NCBI GenBank assembly: GCA_032718475.1
Contig: JAUCBJ010006718.1
Coordinates: 1 to 64,000 of the forward strand
Direction: 5' to 3'
From: Nemertoderma westbladi
Lineage: Eukaryota; Animalia; Xenacoelomorpha
DNA length: 64,000 nucleotides
Part shown: positions 52,501 through 63,894 of the stretch, piece by piece
How positions within the stretch are numbered: position 1 is the first letter of the stretch
Layout: each line of letters opens with the position of its first letter
The notes under the pieces: generated by a model
The model's database searches: none
Seen by the model: only the letters and a program-made list of their open reading frames with translations
What the model was told of the DNA's origin: nothing
Made by a program: the position numbers and the translations under genes

Positions 52501-52960
52501 TCCTACTATATCATAATTTGGTGGACATAGCAGCGATTCTAGATCGCTCAGTTTGTTACAAACTGAACGCGCATTTATCAAGCAGCAGTTAAGTAGCGCC
52601 TTAGGGGCAGATTGATTATTTCGCTTGTGGTAGCGATTACCAGATTTGGGTTGTTCATTTCGCCATGAGTCGGATTTGGTTGCGTTCGACTGTTTGCGCT
52701 GATAAATCTGGCGCGTTTCTCCCTTTACTCGTTTTCCCGCTCCTGTTTCCAAGAGCGATCACGTCTCCAGTAACCATCGTCCTGCTTTATGAACTTCCAT
52801 ATCGCACCATCGGGGCGGATGCTGTAGCTGGAAGTAGTATTGTCCTCATCGCTATCTTTTATCTCTTTGTTCATTCGACTCACTATCTTCCGTTGAGAAC
52901 GGATATGGCGTTCGGTTTCCTCTGTCCTTTACCTCTGTCCTTTACCGGTTTCCTCTGTCC
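49544..52960 (-). mobile_element. CR1-clade LINE, 5'-truncated in ORF1, (TAA)n tail
   Basis: Intact ORF2, 3' UTR and taataataata tail; host gag sequence resumes on both sides. Confidence 0.9.
49789..52752 (-). CDS. CR1 ORF2, APE endonuclease plus reverse transcriptase, uninterrupted
   Basis: NARS, VTESWL, GDFN, LDL, SDH, YRPVSLT, QGSVLGP, FADD, VRPILEY, WNDLP in 987 aa. Confidence 0.95.
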   Translation of the reverse strand: METGAGKRVKGETRQIYQRKQSNATKSDSWRNEQPKSGNRYHKRNNQSAPKALLNCCLINARSVCNKLSDLESLLCPPNYDIVGVTESWLRDSVTDQMINGENKYDVFRNDRIGKIGGGAALLIRNSIKCRKVESFDTECLATEADVVAVDLLGKNPSRIISVYHPRPNLPSDSILCNLLAKLCDIETPCTIIGDFNLPLVKWEESEFPDTDIYNVFSTFVLEAGLSQLQFSPTRGNNVLDLVFTTDQLYISNIAVTVPFATSDHSTVTFNLLGPNPVSTENRECHGFYDFKHADYADFTNYIDSCDWSNLYLTCNTVDDFWNAFSCKLKTGIDQFVPFKQFKSVIKPHPEHIRVLQRKKKQLWRRRHTTGGKIAYDQCAKEVSKEIFRAACIKENRILSSENKSTLFNYVNSKRKGKSGIAPLKHKGDLVVDDLIKARIFAEVLSENFNLDNDNIPSFKRRIDSRTNLSKVDFCPVTVYAMLRKLKKKTSHTPDGLPNILFANLSCCIAAPLSALFKISFEYHALPTIWLTANVIPIYKKGNPSDPYNYRPVSLTCVACKLMESCIKIEIVNYLFKHGLICKAQHGFLKKRSTCSQLIECVKDWCNFLDRKKSFDVIYIDYAKAFDSIIHSKLLIKLSSYGISGDLLSWLSAFLSNRTQIIVVGDKYSDYCRVVSGTIQGSVLGPVLFLIYINDLPPLLDRDNVSCRLFADDVKLYGPSNESHSLNASLSRLETWANLWQLNISPDKCMVLHIGANNNNYNYVLGNKVIKKVTKCKDLGIIISVDLKFDKYCKQQCTKAFNITNMIFRCFKTSNKGAILTAYKSYVRPILEYCTPVWSPFSLGSIDLVESVQRYFTRRLYSRCNISYKPYIHRIQHLNLQPLEVRRYIFDLKLLFSIERNLVDLDFGALFSYTNRPGLRGHSHKLNVPRCRLIISKNSFTSRVVPVWNDLPEDIVDSRRLVSFATKLKNHDFLPICKFNRPLIGRS

Positions 52961-53112
52961 TGTGTCCTTTAGTGCTTTAAGGTCAGTCCCTTAAGATCAG
53001 TTCCTTTTCTATTCTGGTGGCAAAGGCCTTAATAGTTGCTGGGCTGTTTATAAGTCCACATGATGTTATTCCCCTCCAGGTTTGTCAGATAATTTTACCT
53101 GAATGGCTGAAC

Positions 53113-54124
53113 TGGAACCAGGACAATTCGGTCCCGGACAATTCGGTCCCGGACAATTTGGTCCCGGACAATTCGGTCCTGGACAATCCGGTCGCATTAA
53201 TTTTGTGTTTTGGGGACCGAATTGTCCGGATACTGACTAGGACAATTCGGTCCCAAAATATGCATTTTAATGGCACCGAATTGTCCGGGACCGAATTGTC
53301 CGGGACCAAATTTAATTGGTACTATATAATGGTTAATATTCTAGAACCTTAATATATATTATTATATGTATGTTTTACTAGCTAGTATTTATTTGAAAAT
53401 AAAAAAAATTTACTTTTTTTTTGTTAAAATTATTGTTATGGTAGCTATGGTGTTTTTATGGAGCTTGTGAATTATTTACTAGCTAGTAAGAGTATGTATT
53501 TAAAATTTATTGCAATACTGATTTTAAACCTGATTTTTTTATATATTGCGTTGTTGGTTGGTTATCAAGCCTAAATTATTATCCTAGATAATAACTGGAT
53601 CTCATTCAGGGACTGTTATAATATCATTAAAATAATTTTGGTAATTAGGCCTAATATATTCAGCAACAGTTTAGGCCTAATTCTGAAATATCAATATTTT
53701 CACAAGTGTTTTTATAATTTCAAGGAAATGCTAACTAGTAAAAAAAACACTAGCTATACCTTAATAAATAATATATAATAATGTTCTCGAACAATTACCA
53801 ATAACAAAAAATTATAGTAAGTAAAAAAACACTAGCTACCAAAAAAAATATCTCTACTAATTTTCTAGAACATTCACCAATATCAAAAAAGAACTGAAAA
53901 GTTGCTACCAGGAACCGGACAATTCGGTTCCGGACAATTCGGTCCTAGGACAATTCGGTCCCGGACAATTCGGTCCTAGGACAATTCGGTCCCGGACAAT
54001 TCTGTCGCGGACAATTCGGTCCCGGATATTTCGGTCCCAGACATTTTTGGGACCGAATTGTCCGGGACCGAATTGTCCGGGACCGAATTGTCCGGACCGA
54101 ATTGTCCGGAACCGAATTGTCGAA
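53113..54124. mobile_element. Foldback-like non-autonomous element with 15-bp subterminal repeats
   Basis: ggacaattcggtccc arrays in both orientations at 53121-53308 and 53917-54120; flanking ctgaac duplicated (53107-53112, 54125-54130); host gag rejoins. Confidence 0.7.
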
Positions 54125-56401
54125 CTGAACACTCTGTCTAGTGCTTTCCAGGAGTCCTGGTTGATTTGTCTCACTGCTTGCACCCCCGCCAACACCTATG
54201 GGGTATTTATTGCCCTCTACCTCTCGTCTACGTCGCATCCTCACCTGCATTTCTACGCAGCCCTGCAGGTCCCTGCTAGGCGAATGTTCGATTTCATCAT
54301 TATTTATTATGTTATCTTCATTAATTATATTATTTTGTTCATCATTTTTCTATGTTATTAATTTATTATTTATGTTGCCAGTACCAGTATTATTTGGTTT
54401 TTTTTAATTAATATATTATTCCCTGTAAAGGCATCTTCATTAATATTGGGATTATTAATTAATTAATATTATTAATATTCTCATTAAAAGTAATGTCGTT
54501 ACCCCCACCCCACCACCAGTCCAGTCGCACCAGTTACGTGTCTGTCATCCAGTCCCAATTAGTGGGGTATTAAGAAAATGTCCATACACCTGGATCTTCA
54601 TATATGCTACCTGAACCAATATCACTTTCAGATAAACCCATTTTTGGCAGGTTCCTTACAGTGTTTTTGTTTCACCTTATTCTGCATTAATTCCCCCAGC
54701 TGGTTGTGCATATTATCCCACATTATTTTCCCAACCACTTCCCTTTCTCTCTCAGGGCTCTGATTTGCTAGCAGACTTTCCCTCTTAACCATTTCTCTAT
54801 ATTCACACATCTTTCATTGTATTCATTCACTCGATCCGCTCAATACGCTTGCTTGCTTCCCTTTTGGCCCATTTGGCTTCCCTCACAGCCCACTCTCTAC
54901 ACTTGTCTGCTCTCTCGCAACCCGCTCTCCACACTCGTTCACTTCTCTCTCGGCCCTTTTTGCTTCCCTCGCAGCCCAATATCTACACTCATTATCTACC
55001 CTTTCTGCCCTTTCTTTACACTATCTCACCAACTCTCTCTCCCTTTCTAATGAAGCACTTTCCTCCTCTAAATGTCGTTCCAATTCCTTTTGATACAGCG
55101 TAACCAGATCTAATTGTCATCCCATATCAATCTCCAACACCCTTTTTGCTTTTACGGAGGATGTGGTGGACTTTTCAGTTACACCGGATTGCCTTTCTAC
55201 TAACTCTACTAATTTTACTGACCGTTTTGGCCCTACCGACGGATGACACCAAATCCTCTGGGTTTACCTCGTGCTTGGTGTCGTTTGAACCCGCTCGTCC
55301 CCCCAACTTAATCCCCTGTGTATCGCCCAGATATGGCCCTATGTACATTCTGTCTATATCAATAACTCCAGATCACTTCAAAGCGTTCGATGGTGACCTT
55401 CTCTGGCTCTCAGGTTTGCCATTTCCCCCTCCCCAAATCGGGTAAAATACTGAAAGTGTTTATTGCACTAACAAATCTTTGACATCAGTTTGGTTTGGTT
55501 TACCTTGTGGTTCGTCTTCCCTTCGTCAAGGAGTCTACAGGCAGCGTTGTAACCCCTCATCAATCATTGACTTTTGGTGACATCCTCATCTTGGACCCCC
55601 TGGTTGTCCCTCCATGTCCGGTGTCGTACCATTGGCCCACCCATCACTGTTCCGTTGGCCACAGTGCCACAGCCCCGTTTTGGCTGGGGGTCTCAGTACA
55701 ATCGCTATCGTTGTTGCATGTCGACTCGCATCCATCGTCTCCCAACAACAACCGTGCGCATTCCTCCTTTCCAAACGACCTGTCCCTTTGTGATAGATCC
55801 GGTGTAGCGGGCCAGTTCCACTGGGTCGTAGCCTCATGGATGGTTATGCCTCCTTGCAGGGAATACGCGGTGGCGTACTCTCCCTTCCCGAACTCTGGAG
55901 TCTCCCAACTGGGATCCCAAATTGGATCCCGACTGGAATAACTTCGGTCATGTTCCTAAGTGCTCGCGCTGGCTACTGACGGGGTGGTTGACTTGGCCAT
56001 AGGCTGGTGAATAAAAGAGTTTGTTGGTGAACTTTACTCTTGTTAATCGACTGATGTTAACTATACTGACTGACTACTGTAGAATCAGTAGCACAACGTT
56101 GCATAGTGCAGTATAGCGGTGGAAACTGTTACACCTCTACCATAATGAGTAAAATGCCAACTGGTTACACAATCAAATACCAGTAATATATATAGGGGGA
56201 AATACTAGACTGACACGTTGTTGGCCCTCCAATCGATACACTTACTAAAATCCTGACATGTGCGTGCTGGCCTCCCATTGGCTAGTTAACCACGCACAGT
56301 TCCTGCCTCCCTTGGGCCCTTAGTTTGCCTATGTCCACTGGGGTGAAAGGCTAATCCATGCCCAGCTAGTTCTATTGCATAATCCTTGTACTGATATGCC
56401 C

Positions 56402-57580
56402 AAAAAAGAAAAACAGGCATCTGGCTGTTATCTTTGTTGAATTAGATTCAGTCTCTCGCTCACGTATGTTCAGCATACTTTCATTATATGGGATTCCTGA
56501 TGAAATTATTGCAGCAATCAGATCAGTATACGATGGTTCGTCAACATTTGTGTCTACTGTTGACGGTGACACAGAACCATTTGAAGTGTTATGGGGCGTC
56601 CTCCAGGGTGACACACTTGCACCATTCTTGTTCATAATTGTGTTTGACTATGTTCTACGCATGGCCTTAGATCATCATAATGATGATGGGGTGAAGAAAA
56701 CTCCACCTACTGGCTCCAGAAGTCGAGGAAATCCTGCCAAGTACCTAACTGATCTAGACTTTGCTGATGACTTAGGAGTACTCTCAGAATCACTAGAAGG
56801 AGCCCAACGGCTCCTCAGCTCATTAGAACATGCTGCTTCTAGTGTTGGTCTTTATTAACTCCAGAAAGACCAAAAGTTTGACAGTTAACTTTGAAAGTCC
56901 TCAGCAAGTCTCTGATCAGATGAGTATAAGCTCAAAGGATGGTATGCTTGAGCATGTAGACGACTTCTGTTACCTGGGATCATGGATCCGGAAGTCAGGT
57001 GAGGACCTTCGAATACGTAAGGGAAAGGCATGGGTAGCCTTGAATAGGCTTTCCAGGAGTTGGAAGTCACCGAGAATTAATCGGAAATTTATGGTCCGAT
57101 TAGCAGCAGTAGTTCCAGTACTCCATGCTGGGAGTCCATGCTGGGCTCTAACTGCTGAGGACACCAAATCTCTGGATGGCACATTCACAAGAATGCTACG
57201 GCGGGTTCATTGTCTCAAGTACAATGCACACATCTCCAACCAGACACTATATAACATTGGAGGTGTCTCATTGGTTCCCCCAAGCTTGACACCAGAACAA
57301 AATCGCCTCCGCTTTGCAGGACATTGATTTCGCTGTAAGGACCAGCCAGTGTATAATCTTGTACTTTGGCAGCCTCATGGAGTGAATAAGCATTGTGGAC
57401 AGCCCATGACTTTCTTGAGACGCATCTTAAAGGAAACTGGCCTTGAAGATGCTGATGATCTAGCAAATGTCATGGGTGATAGGGAGTTGTGGCGGCGCAA
57501 TTTTGTCGACAAGCCGGCACAGCATTCTTAAAAATGTAGCTTCAATGCAGCATGCCGATCCTAGTAGTAGTAGTAGTAGG
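56402..57580 (+). mobile_element. RTE family A, 5'-truncated copy
   Basis: Matches 8930-10130; (TAG)n tail; TSD tatgccc (56395-56401, 57581-57587). Confidence 0.9.
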
Positions 57581-57723
57581 TATGCCCTATAGGATAGATT
57601 AGTAAACAATGTGATAAATTGGCTCCTCCCATTTTGTGGTTGGAATGCATACCATAATGGATCCGCTTACAGAATTCCATTTGCATTTATCAAGAATATT
57701 ATTTAATTTTTTTAATTTATTAT

Positions 57724-57945
57724 TTAGAATTTATCCCAGTCATAGTTGATTTGCTTGCTTGTCCTGGATTTGCTGGCTCTCAAACTGTGTCTGATCTCTG
57801 CAGCGACAATTCTGTGGTCCGAACCAATTAGGTTGAATGAGCAGTATGCCTCGCAGTTGATCATGCTGTTTCTCCACTTTTTGTTTATAAGGATGTAATC
57901 CAGTTGTGCTTTGTTTCTATTAGGGTATTGCTCGTAAATGTACGT
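57724..57945 (-). pseudogene. RTE-like endonuclease fragment
   Basis: AQLDYILINKKWRNS...GSDHRIV. Confidence 0.7.
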
Positions 57946-58329
57946 ATGACTTATATATATCACTATACGTTGGCCTAGTGCGTGATAAGCGCACGATTTA
58001 CTCGAATCACTTGCATTGCTGGTAAATAATAGTTACTAGTTGGGAATAATATAGCAGTACTATGGAAACACATTCGCAATAAATGAACCGAATCTTATTA
58101 CTGACAGGGCACAATATACACTCACCGTGTGGAAATCGAGTTAGTCTGATCTCTAGTCCAATATATTCATCAACAAGTAATGCAATAATAGTAAATGCAA
58201 ACGTAAGTTGTAAATTGCAAATGATTAGTGATTAGTGCAAGCGATTAGGTAAATATTGCAGGCCACTGTAACTAACGTGGCTTGCTGGGCTATAAAATCG
58301 ATGAAAAGTACCTGAATAATATCAAGTTA

Positions 58330-59523
58330 AGCCTATCGTGTCAAGGCGGACAACAATTATATATGGATACAAACAATGCTCAACGAAAATAGAACAACCA
58401 ATAAGAGTGCATGCAATGAGAGTTCAGTAATACCACAACTGTTGTTAAGCAACATATAAACAACTTTACTTTAAGTTGGACCGATCATATAAACAACATA
58501 ATCAAAAAAATGTCCACCAGCATTGCAAGTCTTAGGAAAATTAAAGGTCAGTTGCCGCTCAAAACGATAATCCAATTATATAAAACTTGTTCTCCCTTAC
58601 CATCATTATTGCTGTCAATTCCTAATATCTCACCATAATGTCCATGGATTTAAAGACATATTATATAAATTAGAAAAAATTCAGAATTACGGTCTACGAT
58701 GTACCTTTAATAAACGATGCAAAGACGTAACGGCAACTGACCTCTGAACCAAATCGAAAATACCCCTACTATCTGCTTTCCGTGAATATTACGGTCTCCT
58801 ATTTTTCTATAAATATATCTACAATATATCTGCCCCTTTTAAAAATCTTGATCTCCCACTACTCCCAAGAAACACCCAGATCTTAAATAGACGCACATAT
58901 CCGATAATCCGCTTACCTAGATGCCACAACCAATTTGGACATTACAGTCTCACTACACAGCTAATTAAACTATGGAACAAACTACCCATTCATATTAGAC
59001 GAACAAACACTTTACAACATTTTAAACTTAAATTAAAGGGTCTATTACTCACAAGATTTACTCGCGAGGAGGTCACATAGAGGAAGCTCAATTACCACAC
59101 CTCTAACACTATTTACTTTTCCCGTATACAGTATACACTACTCAAGTTGCATGGCCCGTATGTGTGTAACTGTTTGTGTTTGTGTGGTATGTATGTATTC
59201 TAATATTAGTGGGGGGGGGGGGGGGTGGTGTGGTGGTGAGGAGCGGGAGGAGGCGTATAATTTTAGCTACGTGGTGTATGGATTGGGATTGCTTGTTCAC
59301 ATTTTTTATATTTTAATTATTTACCGGTTATGTATGTAGACATTTACTAATATCGTCGCGTACTTAAGCGATGATATAGTGTTTAATTTTGTTGGTTACC
59401 GGTGAAATACTGTAGACACATTTACATATAATTTCCTTAATTATAAGTCCCTACCTTGTGTAGAGACTTCCCCATTCGTGCAATCACTATGGGTACCAAA
59501 GGAATAATAATAATAATAATAAT
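58330..59523 (+). pseudogene. Decayed L2/Crack-like LINE 3' fragment
   Basis: LSWTDHINNI, LEKIQNYGLR, KLWNKLP...FKLKLK read from the sequence; (AAT)n tail near 59503-59523. Confidence 0.65.
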
Positions 59524-59827
59524 TATGGGCTATTCAATACACACGAGGCACAAATATTATATGCACTGAAACCGAATAATGATCTGATGAAAATATACCT
59601 TTACAGAACACATTTTACGGGATCAAAGACCACCCCTACTATGTCCAGTCCACTTAGCTCAATATTATATGGTGAAACCCGAAGATCCTACACATAGTTT
59701 AAAGTTTCTACCATTGATAAATCCCCTCAACCTTGTTGAACTTGAACAACTATAATAATATTTGGACCAATTAACTAAAGCAAACTCATTTAGAAAACCT
59801 TATAATGTCTCAAGAACCAAAGGGAAA

Positions 59828-60168
59828 CTACTACTACTACTACTAGGTCGAGCGAACTCGGACAGTGGAAATGAGATCCTTCCAGGCTTCCCGATTCTCC
59901 ATAGTTGTCGCAATTTCGTTTCTCCTAATTTCAGTATCCCTTTCAAGTTGATCTATATATGTTATGGCCGGTCGTCCACGACTACGCTTTCCATGAGTTG
60001 GTTGCCAGAAAAGTAGATCTGGTATGACCTCGTCTTTACTTCGCCAGCAGTGCCCACTGAATCTTGATCTGCGTTCACGGAGGGTGGTTGATAAAGGTGG
60101 TATTGTACCATAAAGCTTGGCGTTTGTCATGTGTTGTCTCCAGCTGATGTTTAGGGTTGCCCTTAATA
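59828..60168 (-). mobile_element. RTE family B 3' end (continues at 63636-63730)
   Basis: LNISWRQH, RFSGHCWR, RGRP, (TAG)n tail; upstream part ETWTLTKS and GCYTRLLR after 63636. Confidence 0.85.
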
Positions 60169-60837
60169 CTACTACTAGGATCGGAATGCTGCATTGCAGC
60201 TGCATTTTTAAGAATGCTGTGCCGGCTTGTCAACAAAATTGCACCGCCACAACTCCCTATCACCCATGACATTTGCTAGATCATCCGCATCTTTAAGGTC
60301 AGTGTCCTTTAAGATGCGTCTCAAGAAAGTTATGGGCTGTCCACTATGCTTATTCACTCCATGAGGCTGCCAAAGTACAAGATTATGCACTGGCTGGTGC
60401 TCACGGCGAAAGCAATGTCCTGCAAAGCGGAGGCAATTTTGTTCTAGTGTCAAGCTTGGGGGAACCAATGAGACACCTCCAATGTTATATAGTGTCTGGT
60501 TGGAGATGTGTGCATTGTACTTGACACAATGAACCCGGCGTAGCATTCTTGTGAATGTGCCATCCAGAGATTTTTTATTATTGATAGAAACAATGTGTGG
60601 GCAAGCTGTATTTTTCGAGGTGTCAATTCGTTGCGCCAATAAAAGATAAGTTATTTTCGGTAAAATTAACTTATCATTCGAGGCTAAGACCCCAAGATCC
60701 CTTCCTATAATAAATGTATAATAACAAACACCTCGAAAAATACAGCTTGCCAACACATTGTTACTATCAATAATAAAAAATCAGGGGCTAATAAAATGGC
60801 AGCTGGCTTTGAAATTAATACTCCATATCTCAAGAAC

Positions 60838-60896
60838 CTGTGGCCTAGTGGTTGTAGTCTCGGCTTCCACCTCGAGGTCCCAGGTTCGAATCCGAC
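60838..60896 (+). promoter_or_regulatory. tRNA-like Pol III internal promoter
   Basis: A box tggcctagtgg, anticodon-like loop cttccac, B box ggttcgaatcc. Confidence 0.75.
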
Positions 60897-60939
60897 ACCA
60901 CGCTGATGAGACCCAGTAAGGTCGAAACGCGTACGTGGT
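60897..60939 (+). ncRNA. Minimal type I hammerhead ribozyme
   Basis: Identical to 37755-37797; predicted cleavage after GUA at 60933. Confidence 0.9.
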
Positions 60940-63894
60940 TTGGAGAGATATGAGATATTAATTTCAAGAAAAAATTACGCGATCCTAAATTTGTACACTA
61001 CCCGGTTAAAAAGTACGCATGTGATGGGATTAGACCTACAATTGCGCCAATAAAAGATAAGTTATTTTCGGTAAAATAAACTTATCATTCGAGGCTAAGA
61101 CCCCAAGATCCCTTCCTATAATAAATCCAGAGATTTGGAGTCCTCAGCAGTTAGAGCCCAGCATGGACTCCCGTAGAGGAGTACTGGAACTACTGCTGCT
61201 CTAAATAATCGGACCTTAAGTTTCCGATTAATTCTCGGTGACTTCCAAATCCTGGAAAGCCTATTCAAGGCTGCCCAGCCCATGCCTTTCCCTTACGTAT
61301 TCGAAGGTCCTCACCTGACTTCCGGATCCATAATCCCAGGTAACAGAAGTCGTCCACATGCTCAAGCATACCATCCTTTGAGCTTATGCTCATCCGATCA
61401 GAGACTTGCTGAGGACTTTCAAAGTTAACTGTCAGAATTTTGGTCTTTCTGGAGTTAATAAAAAGACCAACACTAGAAGCAGCATGTTCTAATGAGCTGA
61501 GGAGCCGTTGGGCTCCCTCTAATGATTCTGAGAGTACTCCTAAGTCATCAGCAAAGTCTAGATCAGTTAGGTACTTGGCAGGATTTCCTCGACTTCTGGA
61601 GCCAGTAGGTGGAGTTATCATCACCCCATCATCATTATGATGATCTAAGGACATGCGTAGAACATAGTCAACCACAATAATGTACAAGAATGGTGCAAGT
61701 GTGTCTCCTTGGAGGACGCCCCATAACACTTCAAATGGTTCTGTGTCACCGTCAACAGTAGACACAAATGTTGTCGAACCATCGTATACTGATCTGATTG
61801 CTGCAATAATTTCATCAGGAATCCCATATAATGAAAGTATGCTGAACATACGTGAGCGAGAGACTGAATCAAAGGCCTTGAAGAAGTCAACAAAGATAAC
61901 AGCCAGATGCCTGTCTTTCTTTTTTGATAACTCTTCAATTATCCTTCTAAGTGCCAAAATGGGCTCCATGGTCCCACGACCTTTATGGAACCCATTCTGA
62001 TTTCTACGGAGCAGTCTCTCAATGGGATCCCTGATGCGATTTAATAGAATCCTATTGTATAGCTTTGCAGCAATCGAGATCAATGAGATTCCCTGAAAAG
62101 AACCATAGAGTGTTAGGTTGCCCTTCTCGGGAACTGGCACCAACTTATTTGTTTTAATTTTTTCTGGGACTCTTGTTGTACGGTACATTCTACTATGATG
62201 GGATAGATGAGCTTTAAACACTCAAGTATTTTAAAGACCTCAGGGGGAACACCATCTACTCCACTGGCACGATTGGTCTTAATGCTCTTTGCAGCAGCCT
62301 TCACTTCTGCAAAGGAGATATCGCCAATGGGAATATCTGGGAGTACAGACTCAGACACCTTTACTTCTATAAAGTTATCAGGCAATACCCTGTAATTATT
62401 GAGGAGCTTTTCAAAGTGGGCTTTCCAACCATTGATGCGATCGGCTGGTGATTCAGCCTTAACCTTGGTGGTTGGTTGGCTTTTCCGGCCAGTAAGCAGC
62501 TTGATCGATTTCCATGCCTGGGATGATTGCATGCTGTCGTCAGCATCATTGATGGCATCAACCTGTTGGTTTATTAGCTCCTGTAGATTAACAGAGTACT
62601 GCCTGTTCGTTCAGGGACCTAGATGCAGCCTTAACTGCATTCTTGGCTGCTGTAGTCTGTTTGAGTCGGGACTCTTTCTGCGCCTTATCAAGGTCATTTC
62701 GGCCCTTTTGATTTTTTTTGTCAGTCCAGGGGGCCCTTTTCCTGTTTCGAGGGTATACAGGAACTGTTTCTGCAGCTGCTAACTTAACTGCTTCTGTAAA
62801 GGCAGTATAGCCCTCACAGTGATCTGCCGCCTCAGAGGCAAGAGCCTCATACCTGTTGCTCAGCTGTAGTGTGAAGCTGGATCTCACACTTGGCTGTTGC
62901 AACAGAGAGGACCAGTCATGCCGCGGCAAGGCAGATTTCGTTGTTCTGCTAGCACGCAGACTAAGTCTTACCTTGGCCACAATAAGGCGGTGATCACTGG
63001 AGAAGGGTCGAAGTGTAAATGCATTACAGTCTTGTATAGAGCTCCTGTATTTCCTACGAAGCAGAATATGGTCTATCTGGGACTTGTGACCACTGGGTCC
63101 ACTATGAGTCCATAGCTTTCCAGTTCGCTTCTTGAACTGGGTTCCAGCCGAAAACAATCCATTTCCAGAGATAAGATCCTGAAGATGGACAGAATTTCGG
63201 TTAACACTATTGCTATAGACCCAGGGCGATGTAGGTGATTGATGCAGACTTGCATTAAAGTCTCCCAGGAATGTTAAGAATGCATGCTGATCCACTCCAT
63301 CAGTAGCTGCTTGTAGATTGTGGTAGAAATTTTCCACCTCCTCTACAGGGGCAACACTAGTTGGAGAGTAGCACACAATCAGAACCACCTTAGGAAACTT
63401 CTTAGCCAGTCTTCCAGAACATGAGAAGTGGCAACGGATGATGCGGTTAGAGATTTGGTCTATTTTGTCCAATGCTGCATGTGCAGTTGGATTCATCAAT
63501 AGACCAATTCCACCATTGCCACTATCATCTGCTGACGCGAGGGCGAGTCGCCAACCGCCTCCCATGAACCTCATCAGTCTGTCCAGTCTGCATTCGGTGC
63601 TCTTGAACACCCACTGCGCTAAGAGAAAGCTTATCTGCCCTTAATAGTCTTGTGTAGCAACCATCAATTCGTTGTTAAGTGATTTAGTCAGTGTCCAGGT
63701 CTCACCCCCATATAAAAAAACTCTCGGCTGCTATAGATCCACACATCTGCCGCTTACTACTCGACTACTATGTGATTGGGCGAATGTTCTTTCGTTTCGG
63801 TAACAGTATTTACAAAGTAGATTTTCTAGTCAAACGTGGCATAAAACGGGGATCACTAATCTCACCATACCGATTCAATTTCAATACCACTGAC

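Larger units (their letters stand above)
47749..56232 (-). mobile_element. Decayed gag-protease BEL-like element related to 1049-3107, with two insertions
   Basis: DPMAILTPFGWMLSGPIK, VLLGVVLV, NKWRKIAFS, WKALDRVF match ORFs 1071/1884; imperfect direct repeats 47840-48042 and 55990-56232 are candidate LTRs. Boundaries approximate. Confidence 0.65.
60574..61124 (+). mobile_element. tRNA-headed hammerhead retrozyme, about 1.2 monomers plus an inverted 5' piece
   Basis: 411-bp period (60631 vs 61042); TSD atccagagattt (60562-60573, 61125-61136); 60570-60623 is the inverse of 60728-60782. Confidence 0.85.
60169..63635 (-). mobile_element. RTE family A copy nested in RTE family B
   Basis: Reverse complement of 5645-10120 without the TTAA insert; TSD tgcccttaata (60158-60168, 63636-63646). 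Confidence 0.92.

Noticed and set aside
53121-54120. CRISPR-like array or repeat-protein ORFs (PDNSV, GPNCP)
   Set aside because: 15-bp tandem repeats in both orientations without spacers
54490-55980. Pyrimidine-rich ORFs as membrane proteins
   Set aside because: Antisense to the purine-rich leader of a decayed LTR element; no recognisable domain
59584-59610. Other CTGATGA motifs (also near 5704 and 47912) as hammerheads
   Set aside because: No stem II followed by GAAA and no closing stems
60838-60900. Functional tRNA gene
   Set aside because: No acceptor stem, T-stem incomplete, embedded in a repeated element
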